Positions 25,301-59,916 of a stretch of 64,000 nucleotides of DNA are shown here, one piece after another (within the stretch, counting starts at the first letter, position 1; every line of letters starts with the position of its first letter). Below the pieces are notes generated by a model. The model worked only from the letters and a program-made list of their open reading frames with translations. It was not told the DNA's origin and did no database searches. The stretch is from Anaeromyces robustus (lineage: Eukaryota). Position numbers and translations under genes: made by a program. The stretch covers positions 1-64,000 of the forward strand of contig MCFG01000275.1 of NCBI GenBank assembly GCA_002104895.1, read 5' to 3'.

Positions 25301-28300
25301 AGAATATTATTTATGGGAAGATCATTGGATATTATGTGCTCAGAAATTACAGCAGTGGGATATATTAACTGATTTAGCAAAGCATGAAGGAAATACAGAT
25401 TTACTTTTAGAATGTGCATGGCGAGTTTCAGATTGGGATTCAGAAAGCGAATTTTTACAGAAAGCTATTAATGTTTACTCTGATATTCCGATTGCTCGTA
25501 GAAAAATATTTGAAGCATTTTTATTATTAAATCAATCACAAGATGAAGGAAAAATGGAAGAATTTAAAAAAGTTTATGATGAAGGTGTTCAATTAACATT
25601 AAAAAAGTGGCATATGCTTCCTGAAGTTGTTTCATATTCACATATTAATTTATTACATATATTTCAACAATTTATAGAATTAAATGAAGCTAATCAAATT
25701 AGAATTAATTTAAATAATACTAATATAGATAATATTGAAAAAAAATCAGATGAACTTAAAGGTATATTACAAACATGGAGAGAAAGATTACCAAATTATT
25801 GGGAAGATATTAATTTATGGAGTGATTTAGTAGCTTGGCGACAACATATATTTTCAACTATAAATAAGGCTTATCTTCCAATAATACATATATTAAATAA
25901 AAGTAATACTAATAATAATAGTAATAGTACCAATAATAATGCTTCTACGACTAATAACAACAACAACAACAATAATAATGGTAATAATAATAATAGTAGT
26001 ATTAATAATAATAGTAATAATAATAATAACAATAATAGTAATAACAATAATAATGCAGCTAGTTCTTATACATATCGTGGATTCCATGAAACAGCTTGGA
26101 TTATAAACAGATTTGCTCATATAGCAAGAAAACATGGTTTAACTGATATTTGCATTAATTCATTAAGTAAAATATATACTTTACCAAACATTGAAATTCA
26201 AGAAGCTTTTTATAAATTAAGAGAACAAGCAAAATGTTATTTCCAATCATCAGTAGATTATGCAACGGGATTAGACGTTATTAATAACACAAATTTGATG
26301 TATTTTACTGATTCTCAAACTTCTGAGTTTTGGACTTTAAAAGGACAATTTCTTTCAAAATTAAATTTAATTATAGAAGCCAACGAAGCTTTTTCTACTG
26401 CTACTAAAATTGAAATGAAATCTCCTAAAGCCTGGGCTCAATGGGGTATTTATAATGATAATTTATTTAAAGAACATCCAAACGAGATCAATTATGGTGA
26501 ATATGCAATAAGTTGTTATTTACAAGCATCAGGGTTATATAAGAATTATAAATCTAGGAAGTATATAGCAAGAATATTATGGCTTTTAAGTTTCGATGAC
26601 AGTAAAGGAAAATTAACAGACATATTTAAAAAATTTAAAGGAGACCATGTTCATTGGTATTGGATTATTTATATACCTCAATTACTAACTTGTTTAGCAA
26701 ATAAAGAAGCAGAATGTGCTAATATTATTATACAAAAAATTGCAAAATCATATCCACAAGCGTTATATTTCTTATTGAGAACTACAAAAGAAGATTATAA
26801 ATTAATTAAGAAACAGGCTGCTATGGCATCTAATGGTGTTAGAAATTTCCATCATAATACAGAAGATTCTCAAAGTAAAGTTAGTAATTCAAGTTCAACT
26901 TCAATCCAATCACAACAGACTCAAAAATTTGGAGGATCTAAAAAACAACCATGGGATTATGTTGATGAAATTATGGATATTGTGAAGACTTCATTCCCAT
27001 TGTTAACTTTATCAATTGAAAAAATGATTGATCAAATTATTCAAAAATTGAAACCTTCTCCTGATGAAGATATTTATAGATTAATTGTAGCTTTATTAAC
27101 TGATGGTGTTCAACAACTCGTAGGAAGAATAACTAATTTAGGTGATACCAGGTCTTTACCAAGTGGTACTGAAGCTAATTTAAAACGTTTTCACGAGTCT
27201 ATGTCAGGAGGTCATCATAAATATAAAGATGCATTTGAAGAAGATTTTATAAAAAGTAAACCTTCAATGACTGAATTGGTTGAAAAATTTAGGGATTGGC
27301 GTGATAAATTGGAGTATCAATTAGATTTGAGAAATACAAAGCAACAGTTGGAATATTTTAGTCATGATTTAGTAGAATTTGAACATAAAAAGTTTGATGA
27401 TATTGAAATTCCAGGACAGTATTTACTTCATAAGGATAATAATAATGAATTCATAAAAATTGATAAATTTGAATCTGTGGTTGATGTTGTAAGAGGACAT
27501 GGTATTTGTTATCGCCGTTTATCTTTAAGAGGCCATGATGGAAGTCTACATCCTTTTATTGTACAACACCCAGCTGCTAGGCAGTGTAGAAGAGAAGAAA
27601 GAATTGTTCAGTTATTTAGAATTATGAATAATATAATGGAACGTAAAAAAGATTGCAGAAAATATAATATTGCTTTCCATTTACCATTAATGATACCATT
27701 AGCTCCTCAAGTAAGGTTAGTACAAGATGATTTATCATATATTTCTTTACAAGAAATTTATGAAAAGCATTGTGAAAAATCAGGATTCCATAAAGACGAT
27801 CCAACAATTTTATATATAAACAGTATTCGTAATATTATTAATAGAGATAAAAAGAATTCAATAAAAAGAACTGTAAGTAGAAAGAATTATAGAATTAATT
27901 ATAGTTATTATGTATATTTAAAAAAAATATTTTATATAGTTACTAATAAGATTTAAAATATAATATATAATAGAAAAATGATATAACAAATTTAAAGATG
28001 GCAATTATTCAACAAATTGAAGATACAATGGTTCCAAATACTGTTTTAACAAAGGTTTTATTATTAATAAATTTAAATAAATATATATTTTTTATTAAAT
28101 ACTAATATTGTTTTTTGTATTATTATTATTTGATTATTTATAATCATTTATTTATTTTTCTAAAAATAAAGTATGTGACTACCAAGATGAAACAATATAT
28201 AGATTTATTTATATTGAGAAAGCAATTTACTTACCAAATGGCTGCAGTTTCGTTCATGTCTTATGTTATGAGCATTGCTCATAGATACCCACATAAAATT

Positions 28301-28379
28301 AATATTTCATTTAAAACTGGAAATATTTGGGCTACTGAATTATTACCTTGTAGTTATAAAATAGTTTATTATTATTATA

Positions 28380-28471
<92 letters not shown>

Positions 28472-28488
28472 GTTTTTTTTTATTAATG

Positions 28489-28525
<37 letters not shown>

Positions 28526-29046
28526 CTATTATTATATAATATTATATTATGTATATATTTTTTTTAATTTATTAAATGCGAATTATTGAAGCATTATCTC
28601 CTTCTTCATTTTTATTTGGATCCAATGAACCTGTTCCATTTAGGTTTACACCTAATATTCAAACTTTTATTACTCCAACTGGTGTTGAGGGTGTATTTAT
28701 AAATATAGTTATGTCTATTGCAAGATCATTAACAGAACCTGAAGTATGATTAATATTTTATTAAAACTTAATGTATAATTTATTGGAATTAAAAAATAAA
28801 TATAATATTAATTTAAAAATTTAAAAAAAATTTTTTTTCAAGTTTGAACTTGAGAATTATTTAGGAATTTTCATAAAAGATGAAATTATATCAATACAAA
28901 ATATATCTAAAAAAAATCCAACATTACAAGATAACATGTTAAGAAATTATGTAGCTCAAAATATAAATTTGATTCAACATAGAGCTGAATCTTTATCATG
29001 TAAACAAGAAAGAGAAAAGGTAATTTTTATAATTATTTTAATATTA

Positions 29047-29103
<57 letters not shown>

Positions 29104-29586
29104 AATTATTATGATTAATTATTATTTTAATTATTATGATTAATTATTATTATTAATTATTATGATTAATTATTATTATTAATTATTATTAATTATTATT
29201 ATTATTAATTATTATTAATTATTATTATTATTATTATTATTATTTAAAAAAAGTTAAAATTATATATTGAAAATCAAAGAGACAAAAATACTGGCAATAT
29301 AAACAAATCAAAATTAAATAATGAACTATTAGTTGGTGAAATAAAGAATAATAAAGATGAAAATGAAAATAAATCAAATGTTAAGAATAAATTAATAAAT
29401 ACGAACGATATAAATAACAAATTGAATAATCAAAGTGATAGTAATGAAGCAAACAAAGATAGTAATAAAAACGAAAATGATACGTTTAATATACCTGCTA
29501 ACCAAACATTAATTGATTTAATTTCTCAGGCAACAAATCCTCATAAATTATCACAATTAGATATTACATGGATGCCATATTATTAG
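16168..29586 (+). CDS. TRA1: Tra1/TRRAP pseudo-PIKK scaffold of SAGA/NuA4
   Basis: ELFVELCLTVPVRLS, ELVSQGLRTLELCIDNL, TLRILGKLGGRNRR, FAT domain (WRERLPNYWEDINLWSDLVAWRQH), PIKK-like lobe (RRLSLRGHDGS, RREER, EPVPFRFTPNIQ) and FATC ending WMPYY-stop. An alternative ATG lies at 16195. Confidence 0.97.
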
Positions 29587-30476
29587 ATTTATTAATTTAA
29601 ATCATACTTTTAATTTAACCTTTTCATTTATAGTGTTATAATTTTGCTTAACACATTAACACATTAAAATTGAAACTATTATGAGTGTAATATAATATTA
29701 AAATTAGAAATGTTGTATGTAAACAAATTCACTTTTAATATCATTTTTAAAGATTTTAAATATTTTATAATTTTAAAATTAAGTAATATTAAATAAATAA
29801 ATAATTAAATAAATTAATAATTAATAGCATATTTCAAAAAATTATAAAGGGAAAACTGAAATGAAATTATAATATATTTAATTTTTTTGTATTATAATAA
29901 TAATAAATTGAATATTATAATACTAATTAAAAACAAAAATATTATATTTAAATACAGATTCATAAAGATTATTTTTTAATTAATTATTTATTAATTTATT
30001 TATTATCATAGAATTAAAATTTAATTTCAATATATTCACAATTATTATACATACATTCATACATACATTTTTTTACATTGTAATTATCAAAAATTATTTT
30101 ATTATTTTATTAATAAATAAAGTTTATGTATAAACTATCAATTTTATTATTAATTCATTATTATTATTATTTAATAAATTTTTTTATAAAACATTATTAT
30201 TTATAAAAAGTTTATAATTTAAAATTTAATATATTTTTTATAAATCATAAAAGATACAAAATAAAAATAATACTTTAAATTATTTTCAGTATGAAAAGAG
30301 TATAAATGATAAAAAGGAATAATTAGTAATAATAATAGTAAGAACAATAACAACAATAGTAATAATAATAATAATAATAACAATAATAACAATAACAACA
30401 ACAGTAATAAAAATTTTAATAAAAATTAGAAAATAATAAAATAAAAATAAAGTAAATAAAAAGAATTATTTAAAAA

Positions 30477-36824
<6,348 letters not shown>

Positions 36825-37039
36825 AAATGAAAAAGGAATTAGTAATAATAATTTTTAATAAAAATTAGTTTATATCATTCATAATATCAGTTAATAAAAC
36901 ATGTAATATTATCATTATTCATTATTATAATTTGTATATTATAATACTAAAATGAGTAAATAAATAAGCAAATGAATAAAATAAGTAAATAAAATAATAA
37001 ACTATTAATAAATAAAAAAGTAATACATAAATAATAAAC

Positions 37040-37278
<239 letters not shown>

Positions 37279-37313
37279 CAAAATTAATGAATAAAAAACA
37301 TTGTTTTATATAT

Positions 37314-37328
37314 AATATCGGAGTTTAA
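37314..37328 (+). promoter_or_regulatory. Candidate cilia-gene motif upstream of DNAI7/CASC1
   Basis: AATATCGGAGTTTAA, identical 15-mer to 54221-54235. Confidence 0.55.
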
Positions 37329-37465
37329 TATAATATCTATATTTTTATTTTTTAACTTATTTTTTTATTTTCTATATTTTTATTTTTTATTTTTTTGATA
37401 TGAATATATTATTGTGTAACATTTTTTTGTTTATTAAATATTGTTAGAAATATTTTTATAATATA

Positions 37466-41468
<4,003 letters not shown>

Positions 41469-41670
41469 TTCATAAATATTTTTTTCTTGAAAACTTTATT
41501 TATTTATTTATTTATTTTTTTAAAAATATACCATCAAATTATTTTTGTAGTAAATATTATCATATTAAGAATTATTATTTTCAAATAGTAATATATTTTT
41601 TAAAACTAATGTAACACAAATTTGTAAAATATTAATAAGTCATAAAAAATAAAAAAAATATATAAAAATT

Positions 41671-41678
41671 AACTCCGA
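41671..41678 (-). promoter_or_regulatory. Candidate cilia-gene motif upstream of CCDC148
   Basis: AACTCCGA about 130 bp before the ATG. Confidence 0.5.
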
Positions 41679-41809
41679 AATCAAATTGTAAATTAATTGA
41701 TAGTTATACCTATATTTTGCTTTTATCATATTTTATTTTTGTAAACATATATTTATTTATTGCTTTTAATTAAATAATCATAATATAAATACTAAGTATT
41801 ATAATAAAA

Positions 41810-42242
41810 ATGTTTATAAATAAAAATAAAAATAAAATTCCATTATCGACGTTATATAAAGATATAAAAGATTTATCAAATAATTCAAATAATTATGATT
41901 ATTATAAATCTTTTTTAAATAATCAAAAAGAAAACAATAAATTATTACTTGAAAAGGTTTTTGTTACATAAAAGTTTAAAAAAAATAATAAAAATTATTT
42001 TAATAGCTTTCATATTTAATAATATCTAAATTTTTTATTTCTTAAAAATACAGATACATAAATACGAAAGTCTATCAAATTATAATAAAAATAACGAAGA
42101 ATTAAAAGCTCATAAAAAAATATGGATAAATTATTTAAATTATAGCATAAATCTTCAGTAAATTTTTATATATTTGAATTATATATTTTTTTTCAAATAA
42201 AGAATTTTGTATTTTAATAAATTATTATTATCATTATTATTA

Positions 42243-42277
<35 letters not shown>

Positions 42278-44594
42278 GTATATATATGAAGAAATAAAAT
42301 TGAAAATAATATTTTAAATATTTTTATCAAACAAATATTAAATACAAATGATAAAAATATAATTAATATTATTGATAATTATATAAATGAAATTACAAAA
42401 AATAAAAATGAATATAATGAATATAAAAATGGTATATTATTAATATACTATAATAATATATTTAAAGTTAACAACATAATATTAATAAAAAATATTAAAT
42501 AAAGATATAATTAATGAAATTATATTATTATCAAACTCCATAAAATCTCAAAGTTCAATGAATGATCTACTAAATAATAAAGTATCATTGAAAAATCAAA
42601 TATTATATCTAAATGAAAATATTAAAAAAGAAATTTTAACAGTAAGATAAATTTTTTTTCTAATATTAAAAATAGAATTTTTATATTTAAGTTCTATTAA
42701 CAATATTTCATGTCTATTTATAACAGTTGAACAATGAAGAAAAAATATTAAACAATCAAGTTGTAAATATATATAATAAATATGAAAATGAAATAAATAT
42801 TGGAAATAATAATCCTTGGGTAATTGATTTAGAAACCCAAAAGCCATGCCGTTTTTTAGAATCTACATGTTTTAACGAGGATTATAAAAATATCATTTAT
42901 AATAATTATATAAAGTAAAAAGTTAATAAAAGATGTTTTATGTATTTTTAAAATTAATAATATTAATTTGAATATTTTATATTATAGTTTTATTAATTCA
43001 AATATACATGAAATAATGAAAAATAAGCCAAATAAAAAACAAATAAAAGATTTTTTATTAATTGAGAAATTATACGAAGAATATATGAAAGCCTCAAATA
43101 ACCGATTTATATTATTACAAGATAGAATATCCAATGAATTAAAAATTAGTAAACTTGAAGCAAAAGTAAAGTAATATATTAATTGAAATATATTAGTTAC
43201 ATCATTACTAATTATATTTTAAACATTTTATAATTGTGAAGAACTTAATAAATTTATATCATAAATATTTAAGGGAAAAGAATAATTATAAAAGTAATAT
43301 AAAAGCGTTTATTAACCAAAGAAATGAGATGTTTAATGAAATAATTATAACTATTAAAGTATTTTATTGTTAAAATATAAATTAGTATTCTTTGATAATC
43401 ATTTTAAAAATATAAATATATTTTTTTTACATCTACTTTTTTAGAATGTCAATGATGATATTAAAAAAAGGAATACTAATGAAATGTATAAGGAAAAACA
43501 ATTGGAATTAATAGAAAAATTACATTTAAAATTAAAGGAATGGAGAGAAGAAAAAATAATGAAATTAAAAGAAGAAGAAAAAATTGAAAAATTAAAAAAG
43601 ATAGAAATACTTAGGCAAAATGTATATATATATTTAATTACAAATAATAATTCTTATATATACTAAATATATTATAAATATAATTAAAGAAAATCGAAAA
43701 AAGAAAACAAGAATTAAGAAATTTAAAAAATAAAGAACGCTTAAATGAATATTATCAAATGGTTGAAGAAAAGGAAAAAATGAAAATAATTAAAGAAAAA
43801 GAAATCAAGAGACTTGAAGAAATAAAACAAATCGAAATATCTCAAGTAAGAGTTTTAATATTACTTAGTTTTTTAGTCATATCAATATAATTAAATTATT
43901 TATAATTTCTTTAGTATAATCAAGAAAGAATTGAATATAGGAAAAAAGAATATCAAAATCATTTATTAGAAAAAAAAAAGAAAAAGGAAGAAGAAATTAA
44001 ATTAAAAGAATTACATAAATTACATTTAGAAAAAATTAGATCTTCTGTTGCTGTTAGAGCGGAAATGTATTAAACTATCAAAATATTATATATAAAATTA
44101 TTATTTAAATTTATATTTATAATTAGAATTATATACGCTAATTATACTATCTAATAATATAACTCGATTATTTATTTTATTTAGTGATCACGAAAGAGTA
44201 AAAAAACCAACAATATCATCAATGAAATCAAAATCCATATATGATAATGTAAAAATTATTTATACATTTACATTACTTTTAAAATTTTACATAAATCTAA
44301 AATAATTATTTAATTAATACACATAGAATAATATTTTTGAAATAAATGGTTATTCTGATAAACAAATCATGAAAGATAAAAGGTAATATATATATATATT
44401 AATATAAAACTAAATTAAAGTAATATTATTAAATATTAATATATGAATTTATAAATATATTTATTAGAATAAGAATAGCTGAAATACTGCAAAAGGAAGG
44501 ATTACTTCAAAATAATTATGCAAAATCTATAATGAATATACTAACACCTTCGAAGAACAATTATAGAAATCAATCAAAAATAACATTTAATTAA
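41810..44594 (+). CDS. CCDC148: CCDC148-like coiled-coil protein
   Basis: EELKAHKKIW near the N-terminus. C-terminal NQERIEYR..LEKIRSSVAVRAEIDHERVKKPT..FEINGYSDKQIMKDKRIRIAEILQKEGLLQNNYAK matches my recollection of the CCDC148 C-terminus. Confidence 0.75.
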
Positions 44595-44859
44595 TATTTT
44601 ATATAATTATTTTGATTTATAAATTGTAAAGATTATATTATTCTATCTGTTATTTTAAAGTGAATAATTATCTATATTTAAATGTAATAAATGAATTAAT
44701 GAAACACGCATTTATATTATATAATAATATATAAATTAGTCTTTATTGTTAATAAAATATTATTAGTATTATAAAATTTTAATATTGTTAATAAAAATAA
44801 TAAAATTATCATTTTTACATTTTTATTATTATTATTAATAATAATATTATTATTATTAA

Positions 44860-45252
<393 letters not shown>

Positions 45253-45256
45253 ATAC

Positions 45257-45700
45257 TATAACAACTCATCGTATCACAATTGTAGGTGAGTTGTCATACT
45301 ATCTTTATTAAGTTTTAGTGAATCCTTTTTATCTTATTTTTTTAATGGACTTATCATGTGTTATCAAATGAATGTATCTGAATTATATTCCATGCCTTAC
45401 CATTTCGATGTCGATGCCGTTAGTTCATATATTTTACATTTGTACTTAATAACGAGTTTAGTCTACAAGTCCCACATACGAACAGTGGTTACCAAGGAAA
45501 CCACTCAATAACAGAGAGCTGCATCCCACATTATTAGGATTTTAGTTCTACTTAATATACTAATATTATTTTATGATGCTTGAGTAGCTACCCCTCAAAT
45601 TAAACTGAAGTAACTTGTGATAGATGCGTTGTTGAACCAGAAGCCTTATAAGATATATAAGCGGTGCTACTCAAATATTAAATAATTAAATAATCACATA
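45257..45700. other. GC-enriched non-coding element with multiple stem-loops (candidate ncRNA or non-LTR/SINE-like remnant)
   Basis: No ORF of 60 aa or more, and clearly higher GC than flanking intergenic DNA. Stems at 45261-45270/45285-45294, 45347-45354/45465-45472, 45484-45493/45496-45505 and 45580-45592/45663-45674. Abuts a (TAT)n tract. Confidence 0.55.
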
Positions 45701-45889
45701 CAACTTTATAAATTATAATATTTAAATAAACAAAATAATATTAAACTATATTTTATATATATTTAAAAAAATTTTTTTAAATAAACTTTATATTTTGAAT
45801 TATATAAATCGTAATAATTTCAATAAATTTTTGTTTCAAAGTAAAAAATTTAATTATATTAAATATATATAGTAATTTATCAAATCAAC

Positions 45890-49451
<3,562 letters not shown>

Positions 49452-49820
49452 AAAAATAAATTATTATAATATGTAATATATGTTTTTATTTTATCATATT
49501 ATTATTAAAATTTGATATTTTAAAAATTTTATATGGTATTACATGTAATTTATATATATATTAAAATTATAAATATCAATAATAAATTTTATTTTTCTTA
49601 ATAAAATATATAAATAAAAAAATTGCTCTTCTATCCAAATATATATATGAATTATTCGTTTATTTAGTAACTTTTATATTTAATTATTATAATATATAAT
49701 TTTTTAATTTTTTTTATAACTAAAAAAAATAATCAATAAATGTTTTAAGTAAATTAAATTATATATATTTAATATATTAATATAGAGTTAGCAATGATAC
49801 ATAAAAAATAAATATAAACT

Positions 49821-53665
<3,845 letters not shown>

Positions 53666-54220
53666 AAAATATATATTTTTATTTTTTGTATTATAATAAT
53701 TATATAATTCAAAATAATGAATACTTATACGAATAAAAAATTTTAATTATTGAATTATGTTTTAGATTTGTATTTATTATTTATATTTATTTGCTTGAAA
53801 TTTTTTTATAATAAACTTTTAATTAATTTTATTTTATTATAAAATGTATTTTACTATTTATTAGTAAAATGAAAATATTTATTATTTTTAAATTTGTTTA
53901 TTTAATAATATTTAATAAAATTTTTGCTTAATTATATAAATAATAATAATACTAATAAAAATTTAAAGTATTAAATTCTTATAATAATCATTACACTAAA
54001 TATTTTAAATAATTAATTTCATATAAATAAGCTGGTACAAAATAATTTTAATACAATTATATATATAAAAAAATATTAAAAAATATAGGTAATTTATATA
54101 TATATTTTTTAGTTTATTTATAACCAATAAATATATATAATTAAAAATAATATATTAGTAAATATATAAAAAAAGCATATATAACATAAAACAAACCTTA
54201 GAAAAAATATCTTTCTTAAA

Positions 54221-54235
54221 AATATCGGAGTTTAA
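54221..54235 (+). promoter_or_regulatory. Candidate cilia-gene motif upstream of IFT122
   Basis: AATATCGGAGTTTAA about 560 bp upstream of the minus-strand ATG at 53665. Confidence 0.55.
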
Positions 54236-54576
54236 ATTTATTGTATACTAATTATAAAACATATAATACTTGAAAATCCAAATTTTGGTTACATAATTTT
54301 TTTATGTCTTATATAGTTTTTAATTTTTTTTTTGTACCACCAAATAAAAAATATTAAAAGTATCTTTATATTTTGTTGACTACATCATAGTTATTTTATG
54401 TATTTGTCAAATTTCAATTAAATTTTAAAATTATTGTTATATTATTGGTATATTTTTAATTTCATTAAATAATTAAAAATCGAAAGAAAAAAATTAATTT
54501 ATTTATATATTTCTACATGTTATTTATTAATTTATTAATTTAGTTATTTATTAATTTATTAATTTATTCATTTATT

Positions 54577-54721
<145 letters not shown>

Positions 54722-54771
54722 TTCATGTATTTATATATATATTATAAAAGTTATTTAAAAAGATTATTTAT

Positions 54772-57266
<2,495 letters not shown>

Positions 57267-57637
57267 TTTTATTCTTACAAATTAAAAGAATAATATCTTC
57301 CTTGATTTTATTATTCAGCGCAGTTACTTTTTTGTTTATTCTTTTATTATTTTTTTTTTAACTTATCTTATTCAATTTTTTTTTTTTGTAGTTGTGATTA
57401 TTAATACTGTTAATACTGTTAATTAATATTATTTTTATTAATATTTCTAATACTTTTTACTTCTCTTTTAATAGTGAATAATTAAATGATTAAATAATTA
57501 ATATTGTATATTAACAGAATATTTTATTTTATAATTAATTATTTAATGAATATTTATATTAAAAATTATTCTGAGTTTTAATATAAATTTCAAAATTACA
57601 GGTGTTACAAAAATTCTTAATTCAAATAAATATTGTT

Positions 57638-57750
57638 ACATTTTATTATTATATATCTTTAATTTTGGTATAATAAATAATAATCAAAAAGAAAGTACAC
57701 TTTATTATATATCTTTAATTTAGGTATAATAAATAATAATCAAAAAGAAA
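57638..57750. repeat. Tandem duplication of about 57 bp
   Basis: TATATATCTTTAATTT(T/A)GGTATAATAAATAATAATCAAAAAGAAA occurs twice. Confidence 0.8.
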
Positions 57751-58118
57751 ATAAGTTTTTGATTATTAAAAAGTACACATGAAAAAAACTAATAATATAA
57801 TATTATATTTTTTTATAATTTTTTAATTTTATTAAATTAAATATTTCATAAATACATTATATTTTATAACACTTTAATCATAATCAAAAAGTAACAAAAA
57901 GTAACAAAAATGAATTAATAATTAAATAAAAAAAAAAAAAAAACTTTTAAAATAATATTATATAGAATTTTTTTCTGTCGATTTTTATAATATTATTATT
58001 TAATGTGCATCATATATAAAACGAAATCTTGTAAATAAAAATTACAGATTCTAATTCATTATAAAAATAATAAAAAAAAGAATTAAAAAGAAATATAAAA
58101 AAAGATAAATATTTTTGA

Positions 58119-58279
58119 TTAGTCCTCATCAGAGCCATCTGGTCCAAATTGGGAATAATCAACCCTTTTTCCTCTTGTACGTCTTCCACCAGTAATAATA
58201 TTCTTAGTGTCAAGATAATCAAGTTCATTGTCTATTAATGTAATAATATAAATAAAATATACATATATGTATATATGTA

Positions 58280-58366
<87 letters not shown>

Positions 58367-59668
58367 TATTAATTATTAATTATTAATTATTATTATCATT
58401 ATTGTATTATTGTTATGATAAATGCTATAAATAGTAATGTTTAATTAAATTATAAGTAAAAGTGTTATTTTCTTGTTAATAATTATATACCTAATGAATC
58501 ATCTTCTGAATCTGAATCTGAATCACTTGTGTGATGACTCTTCTTTGCCTTTTTAGCTTTTTTTCCTTTACTTGAAGAGCCCTTACCCTTCTTCGAAGAT
58601 TTTCTTTTTCTTTTTCTGTCACTACCTGATTCTGAATCACTTTCAGTAAATTCTTCTTCTTCTTCTTCTTCAGAGGATATGACTTCTATTTTTATAAAAA
58701 ACCAACAATATAACATTTTGAATAATTTAATAATTATCCATAAAATATATATATATATATGACATATTTTATATATATATATCAATTAAATAAATTATAT
58801 ATTTTTCATAATTTTTATAAATCATTATAAATTTTTAAAAAATTATTAATATATAAATTTTATAAAAATTAGAAAAATAAAAAAATTACTAATTCTATTC
58901 ACCTTCTTCTTCTTCATCTGAATTAACAACAAAACCATCATCATCGTCATACGTATCTAAGTTTTTACCTTTTTTTATTAATTCTCTTTCTTGTCTTTCA
59001 TATTCAAGCTCTTGAAGTCTTGCTTGTTTTTCTAAGGCTGCATTTGCTTTTCTTGAAGAAACAGAAGAAGATTTTGAAGTCTTTTTTGGTATACTAAAAA
59101 AAATTTTAATTAAACATTAATTTAAAAAGATAAAAAAAAAGGTAGGAATAAGTTATAAAAATATATATTAATAAATATTAATATATTAAATGATATTTAA
59201 ATACATATATATAACTATTTTTATTTATAATTTTTTTTAACAAATAAAATAATATTATTTTCTATACATTGTAAAGAAAATTATATTTTAATTCCTTCTC
59301 TTTTATAAAATTCAATTATATTATATATAATAAAAAAATTATATATGAAAATAAGAAAATAAACATAATTCTTCTCATTAAATTAACAAAATTCATATAT
59401 ATGTATAAATTATATATCAAATTATAAATTTATATCAATAACAAACAATTATTAACAATAATTAAACAACAATAATTATAATTTTATATATTTGATCTTC
59501 TATATTGATTATAAAAATATATAGTTTAATAATGTTATTTTATTTTACTTCAAAAAATATAAATATAAAATATAAAATATAAATATAAATTTACCCTAAT
59601 TCCTTTTCAAGATCTTCATTCTTTCTTTTGTTAGCTAAAGCTTCTAACTTTTTTCTTCTATCAGACAT
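58119..59668 (-). CDS. CHZ-domain histone H2A.Z-H2B chaperone (Chz1/HIRIP3-like), 4 exons
   Basis: Charged low-complexity protein starting MSDRRKKLEAL and ending in the CHZ motif ELDYLDTKNIITGGRRTRGKRVDY. Confidence 0.8.
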
Positions 59669-59845
59669 TTTATTATTATTCTAAATATTATATAATTATA
59701 TAAATAAATTTAAACAAAAAAATTATATTGTTCTATTTTAAAATATAGAATAATTAGATATTAATATAAATTAATAGTATTAATTTATATTAATGTATTA
59801 TACATATTTGAAGAAAAACTTTAAAAATTTACTAAAAGATATATT

Positions 59846-59916
<71 letters not shown>

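Noticed and set aside
25905..26056. Poly-Asn insert in the Tra1 FAT domain
   Set aside because: Asn tracts from (AAT)n are ordinary in AT-rich genomes, and this loop is Asn-rich in yeast Tra1 too.
25117..27807. Short antisense or alternate-frame ORFs inside TRA1 (also inside SEC8, AXDND1 and IFT122)
   Set aside because: Shadows of long coding exons with no recognisable motifs.
28171..28349. Missing kinase catalytic residues in Tra1 (AHRYPHKI)
   Set aside because: Established property of Tra1/TRRAP pseudokinases; not novel.
41741..41747. Forkhead/FOXJ1-like GTAAACA upstream of CCDC148
   Set aside because: The word is AT-rich, also occurs at about 29719 near non-ciliary genes, and is expected by chance.
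45345..45530. Resemblance of the structured element to known RNAs: U6 ACAGAGA box (45511), group I intron R/S words (AGACTAAA, ATGATAAGTCC on the minus strand), RNase MRP CR-I/CR-V-like words, hammerhead CTGA
   Set aside because: Each is a partial match and the required flanking motifs, pairings or order are missing, so no family is assigned.
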